Below the pieces are notes generated by a model. That model searched no databases. It worked only from the letters and a program-made list of their open reading frames with translations, and was not told where the DNA came from. A stretch of 63,530 nucleotides of DNA, filler included. It is 6 parts of 6 records of this genome, joined end to end, with 100 filler letters (N's around TTAATTAATTAA, not from the genome) between each part and the next. Parts side by side here need not be neighbours in the genome. Positions count along the whole stretch, not along the records: positions 8,699 to 25,832 come from DRR723986_8397; 5 more parts are not named here. One strand, given 5' to 3'. This document shows, piece after piece, positions 8,699 through 19,300 of this stretch (its first letter is position 1; the number at the start of each line of letters is the position of its first letter). Made by a program: the position numbers and the translations under genes.

Positions 8699-9890
8699 CC
8701 TGCCGCTGGCTACGCAGGTTCGGAATGACAACAACCGGCTGGACCCCCAGTTCGCGTTCAAACTGACGCGCGCTGCGCAGGCGGCCATCGAGAATTTCCA
8801 GCGCCAACGCCGCCGCAACCGCAAGGAACACCACCAGCATACCACCCGCCAGGGCCAGTTTCTTGCGGCTTGTCGACACCGGGTATTCGGGCGGAATGGC
8901 GGTTTCCAGAACCTCGAACCGTTCCGCCTGATTGCGGGTTTCCAGAAGCTGGTTCATCGCGGCCTGCGCCCGACGTTCGGTGATGACGCCCAGTTCGTCC
9001 TGCAACTGATCCAGCTGGCGTTCAAAGACATGGGTCTGGCGTTCAACCTCGGGCGCGGTGGCCAGAACCGCCTCGATCTCGGCGATGGCGTCGGTGACCA
9101 GATCCAGGCGCTGATTGAGCAATTCCTGCTGACGCAGGCGCGCCTCGGCCAGCAGCCGACCGCTTTCGCTTTCCAGCTCGATGATCTGTTCTTCAATGTC
9201 GATCCGGCTTTCCTCCAGCCGCGACAGCTGTGTGCGCTGCGAGGCAATCGCCGCAGGAAGCGCGCCGGAATTTGCCTGGCGGAATTCCGAATAAGCGAAT
9301 TCCATCTCTTCGATCTCGCCGGTCAGGCGGGCCTCCTCGACCTCCAGAAACTCCAGTGTCCGCGCCGTCCGACCCGAGGTGCGTTCCTGCGCTTCCTCCA
9401 GAACCCGGTCGAGGAAGGTGTTGGCAATCGCTGCGGCAATGTCGGGATCGGAAAGACGCACGGTGATCACCAGACCGGATGGCTGGACGTCCGGGCGCCA
9501 GGCCTGTTCAGGGTCGATCAGTTCGACGATCTGCACCGCACGGCGCAACAGGGCCACGCGTTCCGTGACCGAAGGAATACCTTCGAACAGCCCGAACTGG
9601 TCCAGAATGGACATGACATGGTCGCGCGACATGAGTTGCTGTTCGATCAGCTCCAGTTCGCTATTCGGGTTGAGCGTTCCACTTGCGGCCCCGCCCCCGG
9701 TCTGACTGGTCAGCCGTTCCACCACCTGCGCCGCCTCGATCTGCACCACGGCAGTCGCTTCGTAAACCCGAGGCTGGCTGAGCGCATAGAGCAGGACGCC
9801 GGGAATCCCCACGACCAAGATGAGCGTTATCACCCACATCCGGCGCAGCAGGATGCGTGGGATATCCCAAATTGACGATATTGGACCCAT
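8699..9890 (-). CDS. Wzz/GumC polysaccharide chain-length determinant, C-terminus truncated
   Basis: N-terminal TM with YEATA, long coiled coil, AIPPEYP and a second TM. Confidence 0.85.
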
Positions 9891-10041
9891 GGGGGCAGTC
9901 CTTCCGGTTGATAATTCCTGGTGCCTGTCGGCAGATTATTGGCGAAGCCCGATAGGCAGGGTTTCAATCAAGGCAGCAACCGCCCCCGCGTTGCCATTTC
10001 CTTGCCTCAATTTAGATGAGTTTTGGTCAAATTTCCAAGGT

Positions 10042-10773
10042 TTAGGCGGTTTCCGGCTGGAAACACTCCATTTCCATTTCGGCATTTCGGGCCACATTTC
10101 CGCCACATTCCCCGGACAGCGGCAGCGCCACAAGGGTGCAGATCAGACCATCGCGGCAAAACAGCTGCCCTTGCAGGCGGCCCCCTGCCTTGTAGGGGCC
10201 AAACGGGATGCACAAATGCACGGTGAAACGGTTCCGGGCCAGATCCGGAACGATCTCCATCGCGTCGAACCCCACAACCCGGCGGATCTGCGGGTAAAGC
10301 GCCTTGTAGGTCGCTTCCTTGGCGGAAAAGATCATCTGTGCATAGCCACCGCGCAAGGGCGCAGCTTGTGTAGAGAGCCAGGCCCGATCCGCTTCGGTCA
10401 GCACGGTTGGCCACAGGTCTTCGGCCAAAGGGTCCATCGCGGCAAGGTCGAGGCCGAGACCGGCCAGCGACGTGCGTCGGGCCGCGACCGCGATACAGCG
10501 GCCTTCGTGATGGGTGATTGAACCCACAAGTCCCGAGGGCCAGACCGGCGCCCGATCCACCCCCATCGGGATTGCAAAGGGCACCATGCCAATGGCACGC
10601 AAGGCCCGGCGCGCAGCAGCGCGCCCTGCCGCGAACTCTGCCTGCCGCGCCGGGGTGGCGCGGGCCAAAGCACGGGATTCTCCGGGCCAGAAATCATGGC
10701 CCTCACCCACACGTGCCTCTCCAAAGCCAAGTGCGCCGCCCCGCCAACCGGTAACGATCAGATCACGAAACAT
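10042..10773 (-). CDS. 4'-phosphopantetheinyl transferase, EntD/Sfp type
   Basis: RQAEFAAGR, PVWPSGLVGSITH and FSAKEATYKA motifs. Confidence 0.9.
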   Translation of the reverse strand: MFRDLIVTGWRGGALGFGEARVGEGHDFWPGESRALARATPARQAEFAAGRAAARRALRAIGMVPFAIPMGVDRAPVWPSGLVGSITHHEGRCIAVAARRTSLAGLGLDLAAMDPLAEDLWPTVLTEADRAWLSTQAAPLRGGYAQMIFSAKEATYKALYPQIRRVVGFDAMEIVPDLARNRFTVHLCIPFGPYKAGGRLQGQLFCRDGLICTLVALPLSGECGGNVARNAEMEMECFQPETA

Positions 10774-10775
10774 GC

Positions 10776-13700
10776 CTATCCCCTTCCCATACGGGCCGCG
10801 CGCATCTGGCGGCGACGTGACATGGCCTCGGCCCGATTGATCGCCCGATCTGGCGCGCTGGCTGGCTTTGGCGTTTCAGGTTCCGGCAAATTGCCCCGGG
10901 TCAGCCGGTCAACCTCTGCCGCCAGCGCGGACAGCACCGGGAAGCGGAAGATATCGGTGATCGAGAGCCGATCTGCCCCCAGATCCGCGCGGATATCGCG
11001 ATGCGCCTGCACCGCCAGCAGCGAGTGGCCGCCTAGATCAAAGAAATGATCCTGCGGGCCGATGCCTTCGACGCCCAGAATACGGGTCCAGATCGCGGCA
11101 ATGCGCCCGGCGGTGCTGGCCGCCTGCGTGATCGGGGTGACATTGGTGGGCGTCGCTGCACGGGCGCGCGGCGCGGGCAGCGCCTTGCGGTCGATCTTCT
11201 TGTTCGGCGTCAGCGGGAAGGCGTCGAGCCGCACGAAATGCGCAGGCACCATATGCGCAGGCAGCTCCGCCGCCAGATGATCGCGGATCCTGGCGGGATC
11301 AACCGGCGCCGTTTCCAGATAATAGCCCACAAGCTGCACATTGCCCGGCGTATCTTCGCGCGGGATGACCACCGACTGGCGCACGCCCGGCACGGCGTCG
11401 ATCCGGGTTTCGATCTCTCCCATCTCGATCCGGTAGCCGCGCAGCTTGATCTGGTGGTCCGCCCTGCCAAGGAAATCGAGCCCGCCATCGGCGCGCCAGC
11501 GCACCAGATCGCCGGTTCGATAGATGCGGTTGCCGGATTTGAACGGATCGTCAAGGAACCGCTCTGCCGTCAGGTCGGGCCGCTGCCAATAGCCGCGCGC
11601 CACGCCTTCACCGCCGATGAAAAGCTCTCCCGGAACGCCAATCGGCACCGGCTGCATCGCTTCGTCCAGCACGTAGACTTGTGTATTGGCAATCGGCGTA
11701 CCGACCCCGGTGATCCCCTCGCCGCCCGTGGCTGTCTGGGTCGTGGACCAGATCGTGGTTTCGGTCGGGCCATACATGTTTTCGATATGGGCGTCTGTTG
11801 CGGCCTGAAGCTCCGCCACCAAAGACCCCGGCAGAGCCTCGCCGCCCACCATCAGGTGGTTTACGCGGGCCAAGGCCATGCGCGCCTCATCGTTCCCCAC
11901 CAGCATCCGCGCCATCGAGGGCGTGCATTGCAGATGCGTGACGCCATGGCGAATAATCTGCGCCGCGATGGAAAAGTCATCCTCGGCCAGCGCATCGCCC
12001 TGATTGGCGCGTTTCAGCACCTCGGCCACCGGCTTCAGCCCCTCCAGAACCTTCTGCCGCTCAATACCATAGTCGATCAGGCAGGCGATCTCATCCACAC
12101 CGATCCGCTTCAACTGCTCCACCCGGTCCAGCGCATCCTCGACCGTGCCAAAAAGACCGCTGTCATTGAAATAGCGCTCGAATGCGAAGTCGAGGATCGC
12201 TTCCAGCTCCTCCTCTGACAGCACTCCAAGGTCGAGCTGCATCGGGTTCGACACGCCCTTGGGCTTCTTGAAGGCCGGGAAGGCCCAGGCAAACTGTTTG
12301 ATCAGCCCGGCGGCCGAGCGCAGATAATCCTTCATCGGACCGCGCGCGACCTCTCTCGCCTCCTCGCGGTCCTGCGCAAGATAGGAATGCAGCATAAGCG
12401 TGACGGTGTGATCCGCCGGATCGCGGCCTGCGTCGCGCAGGGCCTGATGGTAGATCTTGATCTTGTCGCCGACCTCATCAACCGACTGGCCCAAAAGGTG
12501 CGTCAGCACATTGGCCCCGATCTCTCCGGCTTCGCGCCAGGTGTCGGGGTTGCCTGCGGTGGTGACCCAGATCGCCAGTTCCTTGGACACCGGGCGCGGC
12601 TGCGTCAGCACCTTGTGTTCGGACCCGTCCGCCATGGGGAAGGCCACTTCCTCGCCCCGCCACAATGCGCGCAGCTTGTCGATTGCGTCATACATGGCAG
12701 GCTTGTTGTTGGGTGGCGTGTTTTCAGGGCGCAACACGAAATCATGCGGCTGCCAGCCGCTGGCGATGCCAAGTGCCGCACGTCCATTTGTGAGGTTGTC
12801 GATCACCGCCCATTCCTCGGCGATCCGGGCGGGATGGTGCAATGGTGCTACGACAGACCCCGACCGCACGCCGATATTCTTGGTCACGGCGGCCACGGCC
12901 GCCCCTGTCACCGAGGGGTTCGGGTAAGGCCCACCAAAGGCGTGAAAATGGCGTTCGGGCGTCCAGACCGCACAAAACCCGTTCTGGTCGGCGAATTTCG
13001 CGCCGTCCAGCAGCATTGCGTATTTATCCCGGCCCACACCGTCGTCATTGCCCCAATAAAACAGGGAAAATTCCATGCCCCGGCCGGTCTGACCGATGCG
13101 GCCATTGCTGACCAGTGTGCGGTTTTCATCGCCGGAAATCACGACCGTGAACCCACGCGCGAGGGTCCAGAACAGCTCCAACACCGAGATGTCGAAGCTG
13201 AGGCTGGTCACCGCCAGCCAGACGCCGCCCGTTTCATGGTCAATGCGCCCATCCATGCCGGTAAAGAAATTCGAGACGTTGCGATGCTCGATCATCACGC
13301 CCTTGGGCCGTCCGGTGGACCCGGAAGTATAGATCAGATAGGCCAGATCCTCCGGCGTGACACCGCTGTCGGGGTTGGAATCGGGGGCCGTCGCGATCCG
13401 CGGATCGCGGTCGATCTCCAGCACCTGGGCCTGATGCGGCGGCAGATGCGGGGTCAGCGCGGCCTCGGTCAGGATCACCTTCGCGCCGCTGTCTTCAACA
13501 TAAAGCGCCACCCGGTCCGCCGGATAGTCGGGGTCGAGCGGCACATAGGCACCGCCCGCCTTGTGAATGGCGATGGCCCCGATCAGCAGATCGGCAGAGC
13601 GGCGGATATTGAGCCCCACAAGGTCGCCCCGACGCACCCCAAGCCCGGCCAGCACATGTGCGACGCGGTTTGCGCGGGCATTCAGCGCCGCATAGCTCAG

Positions 13701-15341
13701 ACGTTCGCCCTCAAAAATCAGCGCGGTCGCATCCGGCGTCTTTGCGGCTTGCGTTTCAAACATCTGGTGGATGCAATGGGCGCGGTCAAAGCCCGTATCC
13801 GTGGCGTTCCAGTCGTGGATCAGCTTTTTCCGTTCGCAATCTGGCACGATGGACAGCTCTGCAACCGGCGTTGCCGGATCTGCGGTCAGGACGTGTTCCA
13901 GCCGGGCGGCGATCAGGTCCAGTTCCTGCTCGGTCACCTGTGCGGCATCCGCCACGAGGGTCTGCCCGTCTTCCGACAGGGTCAGGGCCGCGCCCGGAAC
14001 CGGGTCAGTCCCGATGGCAAAGGAGGGCACCGTCAGACCGGACATCCACGGAATACGGGCAGGCAGGTCGCACGCAAACGGGCCTTTCGCACGCGCCGCA
14101 TCAAGGCGCGCCGCGAACCGCTGTTCTGCCTGTTCGAGACTTCCGTCAGGGTCAATGGTCACCGGCACCCAAGGGGCGATGTATCCCGGTGCCGCAGCTG
14201 GCATCTGCAACGCCAGATCGACGGCTTCTCCTTCGCCCTTGCGAAGGGCGAGCATTGCGAACCGCGCCAAAGCCTGCCGCGCGCTTATGCCATCGGGAAG
14301 CGAAACCCGCCGGGTCGCTGTGCCTTCCCCCGATCCGGGGTGGAAGGCAAAGCTGGCAGGAACCATCGTTTCAAGCCGCTTGCGCCAGAAAGGATCGCTC
14401 GGGGCAACGGCGGCCATTGCGTCCGTGATCTCAGATCGGTTCTGGTCCGTGGGCAGCTGACGGCCAGCGGCAAGATGATCTGCAAGGACCAAAGGCGCGC
14501 CATCGGCGGCACGAAACCGACTGAACCGCACCGCGCCATCGGCCACCGCGATGGTGGCAGTTCCGCCGGTGACCTCCAGCACAGTTCCGGGCGCGCCGGT
14601 GCCATCGGCCGGTTCCGCATCGCCGACAAGCAGAATTTCGGTGCCGGTATCCAGCTTGGGACAGGTCAGAGGGTTCCAGTAATCGCCATGATCCAATGCA
14701 TGAACTATGCCCGTTATCTCATTGAGATTACGTTTTACATCAATCAATCCGCCAGCATCAGGCCGCTGGTCCCGCGCATAGTAGCTGCGGCGCGACAGGT
14801 CTTGCGGTGTTCCCGCTGCGCGCCCTTCCGCCAGCGCTGCAATGACCTCAGCAAAGCTGTCCAGCGCCGCCGCATAGCACTTGGTGTTCAGCGTCAGGGC
14901 GGTTTCGCCCGGTGCGATCTCCACGCGCCGCTGCGACAGGATATTGCCCTCGTCCACGCCGCCTGCAATCCGGTGCCAGGTGATGCCATGGGAGGTTTCG
15001 CCATTCAGCAACGCCCAGACCGGGGCATTCAGACCGGCATAGGCGGGCAAGGGGCCGTCATGGAAATTGACCGCGCCCTGACTTGCCTGCGCCAAGACCC
15101 CGTCGGGGATGATATCGAGGTTGGCAATCGACAGTATCCATTCAAAATCAATGCCCTGAAGGCGGTCTACCAAACTCGCACCCGGTTCGATCAGGGGCAA
15201 TCCTTCGGCCTCGGCCCAAGCACGAAATTCGGGGCAGCGGCTGACAATGGCGCGGATCGGATGACCCGCCCCGGCTAGCATCTTGGCGCAGTTCAGCGCC
15301 AGCGTGTCGTGACCGATAATGAGAGAGGAAAACTGGGCCAT
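10776..15341 (-). CDS. NRPS-like protein: formyltransferase, degenerate linker, adenylation domain interrupted by a MupA/Atu3671-type luciferase-like monooxygenase, PCP
   Basis: NFHDGPLPAYAG (formyltransferase); YTSGSTGRPKG and FDISV; VWTPERHFH (LLM); GGEAL, YGPTETT and YRTGD; FFDLGGHSL (carrier). Confidence 0.92.
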   Translation of the reverse strand: MAQFSSLIIGHDTLALNCAKMLAGAGHPIRAIVSRCPEFRAWAEAEGLPLIEPGASLVDRLQGIDFEWILSIANLDIIPDGVLAQASQGAVNFHDGPLPAYAGLNAPVWALLNGETSHGITWHRIAGGVDEGNILSQRRVEIAPGETALTLNTKCYAAALDSFAEVIAALAEGRAAGTPQDLSRRSYYARDQRPDAGGLIDVKRNLNEITGIVHALDHGDYWNPLTCPKLDTGTEILLVGDAEPADGTGAPGTVLEVTGGTATIAVADGAVRFSRFRAADGAPLVLADHLAAGRQLPTDQNRSEITDAMAAVAPSDPFWRKRLETMVPASFAFHPGSGEGTATRRVSLPDGISARQALARFAMLALRKGEGEAVDLALQMPAAAPGYIAPWVPVTIDPDGSLEQAEQRFAARLDAARAKGPFACDLPARIPWMSGLTVPSFAIGTDPVPGAALTLSEDGQTLVADAAQVTEQELDLIAARLEHVLTADPATPVAELSIVPDCERKKLIHDWNATDTGFDRAHCIHQMFETQAAKTPDATALIFEGERLSYAALNARANRVAHVLAGLGVRRGDLVGLNIRRSADLLIGAIAIHKAGGAYVPLDPDYPADRVALYVEDSGAKVILTEAALTPHLPPHQAQVLEIDRDPRIATAPDSNPDSGVTPEDLAYLIYTSGSTGRPKGVMIEHRNVSNFFTGMDGRIDHETGGVWLAVTSLSFDISVLELFWTLARGFTVVISGDENRTLVSNGRIGQTGRGMEFSLFYWGNDDGVGRDKYAMLLDGAKFADQNGFCAVWTPERHFHAFGGPYPNPSVTGAAVAAVTKNIGVRSGSVVAPLHHPARIAEEWAVIDNLTNGRAALGIASGWQPHDFVLRPENTPPNNKPAMYDAIDKLRALWRGEEVAFPMADGSEHKVLTQPRPVSKELAIWVTTAGNPDTWREAGEIGANVLTHLLGQSVDEVGDKIKIYHQALRDAGRDPADHTVTLMLHSYLAQDREEAREVARGPMKDYLRSAAGLIKQFAWAFPAFKKPKGVSNPMQLDLGVLSEEELEAILDFAFERYFNDSGLFGTVEDALDRVEQLKRIGVDEIACLIDYGIERQKVLEGLKPVAEVLKRANQGDALAEDDFSIAAQIIRHGVTHLQCTPSMARMLVGNDEARMALARVNHLMVGGEALPGSLVAELQAATDAHIENMYGPTETTIWSTTQTATGGEGITGVGTPIANTQVYVLDEAMQPVPIGVPGELFIGGEGVARGYWQRPDLTAERFLDDPFKSGNRIYRTGDLVRWRADGGLDFLGRADHQIKLRGYRIEMGEIETRIDAVPGVRQSVVIPREDTPGNVQLVGYYLETAPVDPARIRDHLAAELPAHMVPAHFVRLDAFPLTPNKKIDRKALPAPRARAATPTNVTPITQAASTAGRIAAIWTRILGVEGIGPQDHFFDLGGHSLLAVQAHRDIRADLGADRLSITDIFRFPVLSALAAEVDRLTRGNLPEPETPKPASAPDRAINRAEAMSRRRQMRAARMGRG

Positions 15342-15345
15342 AGGA

Positions 15346-16344
15346 CTACACTCCTGTCATGCGGGGGGCTGGATTACCCCCTTGGGCGGCCCCGGACGGG
15401 GTCTGTTTGAATTCATGGGACAAAAGACTGCGCAGAAAACGCGGCGGGTCAGCGGGTTTGCGCCCGGTTAGACCACAACGCAGCCGGTGCAAGATCCCGC
15501 CCGCCAGATGCGACAGCGTCGCCAGACGCGCATAGGCGCGGCCGTGGGTCTTTTCGAAATAGTGCCTGCGAGAGTCGAACCAATAGCCCGGAACCTCTTG
15601 CCATTCTTTCATGCCGGTAGAGACTGATCCGATATGTGTAACAGAACTTTCCCGCACAAAATCAGTTGGATATCCGGCATTTTTCGCGCGATGACACAGG
15701 TCCGTTTCCTCGAAGTAGAGGAAAAATCTCTCGTCAAAAAGCCCGATCTCCTCCAACGCCTCCATCCGCATCATCAGGCTCGCGCCAGCCAGCCAGTCGA
15801 CGCGGGTCGTCTTGTCGGGGATCGGCACCGGAACGGCCTGATTGCGAAGCCAGCGGCTGATGGGGCCAAGCCGAACCGCGCCCTCGAACTCGCTGGCGAT
15901 GGTCGGAAAGCGAAAGGTGGTCAGGTGCGGGTCACCATCGGGGCCGTGAATATAGCTGCCCGCAAACCCGGTGTCGGGATGCGTTTGCAAATGGTCGAGC
16001 AGCGCCCGGATCGCGCCGGGATCGGGAAAGGCGTCGGAGTTCAGGATATAGACATAATCCGCGCGGGCACCGTCTGACAGACCTGCCCGGATGCCGACGT
16101 TGTTGCCCGCCCCGAAACCGCCATTGCGGCCCGATTGGATCACGCGGGTGCGCGGCCAGCCACGGTCGGTCACGATCCGGGTCATCTGTTCAAACGAGCC
16201 GTCCTGAGAGTCATTGTCGACAATCACCAGTTCCCCGGCGATACCCTCCATTTCCCGCAACGCCGTTTCAGCGGCGCGCAGGGTCATGTCTGCGGTGCGC
16301 CAGTTCAGCAGGACCGTCAGCAGCTTGGGATCACTCGGCGGCAT
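15346..16344 (-). CDS. Glycosyltransferase family 2
   Basis: VDNDSQD, NGGFGAGNN, LNSDA and FDERFFLYFEETD motifs. Confidence 0.92.
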   Translation of the reverse strand: MPPSDPKLLTVLLNWRTADMTLRAAETALREMEGIAGELVIVDNDSQDGSFEQMTRIVTDRGWPRTRVIQSGRNGGFGAGNNVGIRAGLSDGARADYVYILNSDAFPDPGAIRALLDHLQTHPDTGFAGSYIHGPDGDPHLTTFRFPTIASEFEGAVRLGPISRWLRNQAVPVPIPDKTTRVDWLAGASLMMRMEALEEIGLFDERFFLYFEETDLCHRAKNAGYPTDFVRESSVTHIGSVSTGMKEWQEVPGYWFDSRRHYFEKTHGRAYARLATLSHLAGGILHRLRCGLTGRKPADPPRFLRSLLSHEFKQTPSGAAQGGNPAPRMTGV

Positions 16345-19300
16345 GGCTGCCCTCCCATGCCTGCGCAACCTGATGCGCCCGGTCGGCGGCCTCGATCACT
16401 TTGCCCATGCGGGCGGCCAGAACCCGTACATTGGGTTCCAACACCATGGAATCGTGGTCGCCCGGCACCTCGAAGACCAGCAAGTCAGGCGCCCATTCGG
16501 TCCAGTCATTGTCCGGCGTCACATAGGCGCGCTCAGAATTCACCAAACGTCCGCCGCCCAAGCGCCATTTGCCGACCAGCGGCGGGCGGAACAAGGTCAG
16601 CGGGCCTTGCCAGGGTTGCAGATGATAGCCCGCGACAGATGCCAGGAACGCGGCCTCAATCGCGGCGTTGTGGAAGACAGGGCTATCCCCATCGTCGTCC
16701 ACGTTCTGACGGCGCTTGGCAATCTCCCACCGGATGCGGCGCGCAAGCCACTTGAACGGATAAGTGAAGCCGCCGGCCTTCAGTTCCTGCATCTGGATGG
16801 CGATCCGGTCTGCGCGAGACAGTTCCCGGCGTTGCGGCAGCGGCGTGTCGAGCATGACAAGTGCTGCCACCTCTTCGCCCGCCTCGGTCAGTTGCTGTGC
16901 AATCTCGTATGCGGTGATACCACCACCGGAGAACCCGCCAAGCATGTAGGGCCCGCGCGGCTGAACCTGCCGGATTTCCGCGATGTAGTCGCGCGCGGCC
17001 TCTTTCACCGAACGGTGCGGATCGTCATCGCCGAACAGCCCCTTGGCCTGCATTCCGTAAAACGGCCGGTCGTGGCCCAAAAGATGCGCAAGGTGGCGCA
17101 GGTTCAGCACGTTTCCGAACATGCCAGCGACAAGGAAGAAGGGCGTTTTCGGCCCGCCTTCGCCCTGATGCATCGGCACGAGATGGGTGAACCGGCGCAC
17201 CGGGTCGTCCCGTTTCGGCGTGTTTTCCTCTGCATCAGTGCTGATGCCCTGATCTGCAATCAATGCCGCGATCTTGCGGATCGTGGGGGCCTCGAACAGA
17301 ACGGAAATGGGGAACTCCACCGCCCATGTTTTCTTGATCATGGCAAAGAGCCGCACGGCGATCAGGGAATGACCGCCCAGATCAAAAAAGCTGTCCTCGG
17401 CACCCACTTGCGCGACGCCCAGAAGGTCGCGCCAGAACCCGGCCAATGTTTCTTCGATCGGGCCGTCAGGGTCCACGAAGTCGCTGTCCAGGTCTGGCCG
17501 CTCAAAGCCTTGGCTGGCCTGCGCCTCTTCCGTCTCGGTCCCCGCCTGCGCAATCAATGCGTCGAGGTTGAGCGAGGAAATCAGCACCTGCGGCAGTGGG
17601 CTGGCCAATGCCTTTAGGAAAGCCTCGGCCCCTTCTTCCGGGCGGATGCCCTGGGCGATGTTGTGGCGCAGGCGTTCCTCGGCAGGCGACAGCGGACGCG
17701 GGCCATCGGTCTCGGCCTTTTGGGCGGGGGCCGCAGCGAAGGCGATATCGCCCACGAGGCGGCGAATGGTGAAGCCTGCGATTTCGACACAGACGGTGCC
17801 ATCGGGGGCCCCAAGGGTGATGTCAAAACATGCCGTCTGATCGCCCGCGCGGTTGTCAGCGGCATTGCGGATGTATGAAACGATCTCGGCTGGCAACGCC
17901 TGAAAGACCTTCACAGAAGCGTAGTTCACCGGCACCCAAAGCGCCTGCGCATCATAGCCTTCAATCAGCTTCATCGCCCATCCGGTGGCAAGGTCCATCA
18001 ACCCCGGCGACAGGCGCCAGCGGGGATCGTGACCGTCCAAAGCAAGACGCGCTAGCCCCTCACCGGTCCCCATCCGCGTTTCCCTCAGGACACGCCAGTT
18101 CGGGCCAAATTGCAGATGTGCCTCTTGCGGAGAGGTCAGCCATTGCCCGGCCTCGGCGCGGGCAGGCTCGCCCATGCGGGTTTCCAACGCCGGGATGTCC
18201 AGCCGCGCGGGCGGGTCCATCGGCAGCAAGCGAATGTCGGCCTCGGCATTCACGTCCCAGCCTGCGCCCTCCGGGGCACTTTCGACGCGGAAACCATAGC
18301 CTTGGTCGCTGCGCGGCAGGGTCAGACGAATGCGGGTGGTCTGACGGTCCTCGGTGCGCAGGGGGCGCAGGAACCACAGGTCGCGGATCTCGAACGGGCG
18401 GTCCTCGCCCTGCCCGTCCAGCGCCTCGGCCACCAGTTCCAGATAGCCGGTTCCGGGCAACAGGGCGTCGCCCGCCCTGGTCCGGTGCTGGTCCAGAACC
18501 CACCGGCTTTCGGGGCGCCACGCGGCCTCGAACCGGCGGTTGCCATCGGCGTCGAACCCTGCGGCATCCAGCAACGGCAGGGACACGGGCATCGGCGCGG
18601 GCGGTTCTGCCTCACGCGCCTGCATCGCCTCGGCGGCCATGCCGACGCCTGACCAGATGCCCCAGTCGATGGCGCGCACACGGGTTGCGCCACCTGCCCG
18701 TGCCTTGGCAAAGGCATTGAGGTATTCGTTGGCGGCCACATAGTCGACCTGACCCGCAGGCGCGGTTGCGGTCGAGCTGGAGGAGAAGAGCACCATCCAG
18801 TCAAGCGACCCGTCCGGGAACAAGGTATCCAGCACCTGCGTGCCGTGGATCTTGGGCGTGAACACCTCTTCGATGGACCCCGGCGCTTTCGCCAGAATGG
18901 GCGCGTCATCAATCACGCCCGCTGCGTGGATCACCCTGGCGATCTTGCCGAAATGCGCCTCAGCCTCGGCCACGGCGGCGCGCATGTCTTCGATATTGGA
19001 CACATCGGCAGCCAGCGGCAGAACCTCGCCACCGGCCGCCTCCAGCCGCTGGACGGCGCGGATGCGGGCGGCGGTGCGGTCGGTCGGGGCGGCATTGGCC
19101 AACAGGCTGTTCCAGCGGTCGCGTGGCGGCAATCCGGTCCGGGACACCAGCACGATGCGCGCCTTGTGGCGACGGATCAGTTCCTCGGCCACGCTGGTGC
19201 CGATACCGCCATAGCCGCCGGTCAGCAGCACGGTTGCACCTTCACGGATGTGAAGCGTATCGGCATCAGGCAGATCCGTGCGTTTCCAGCCCTGTTCAAA

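Noticed and set aside
12387-15278. 963-aa plus-strand ORF, and similar ones at 11046-12218, 16214-17617 and 20711-22423
   Set aside because: Antisense to the NRPS/PKS; long shadow ORFs are expected in high-GC coding DNA.
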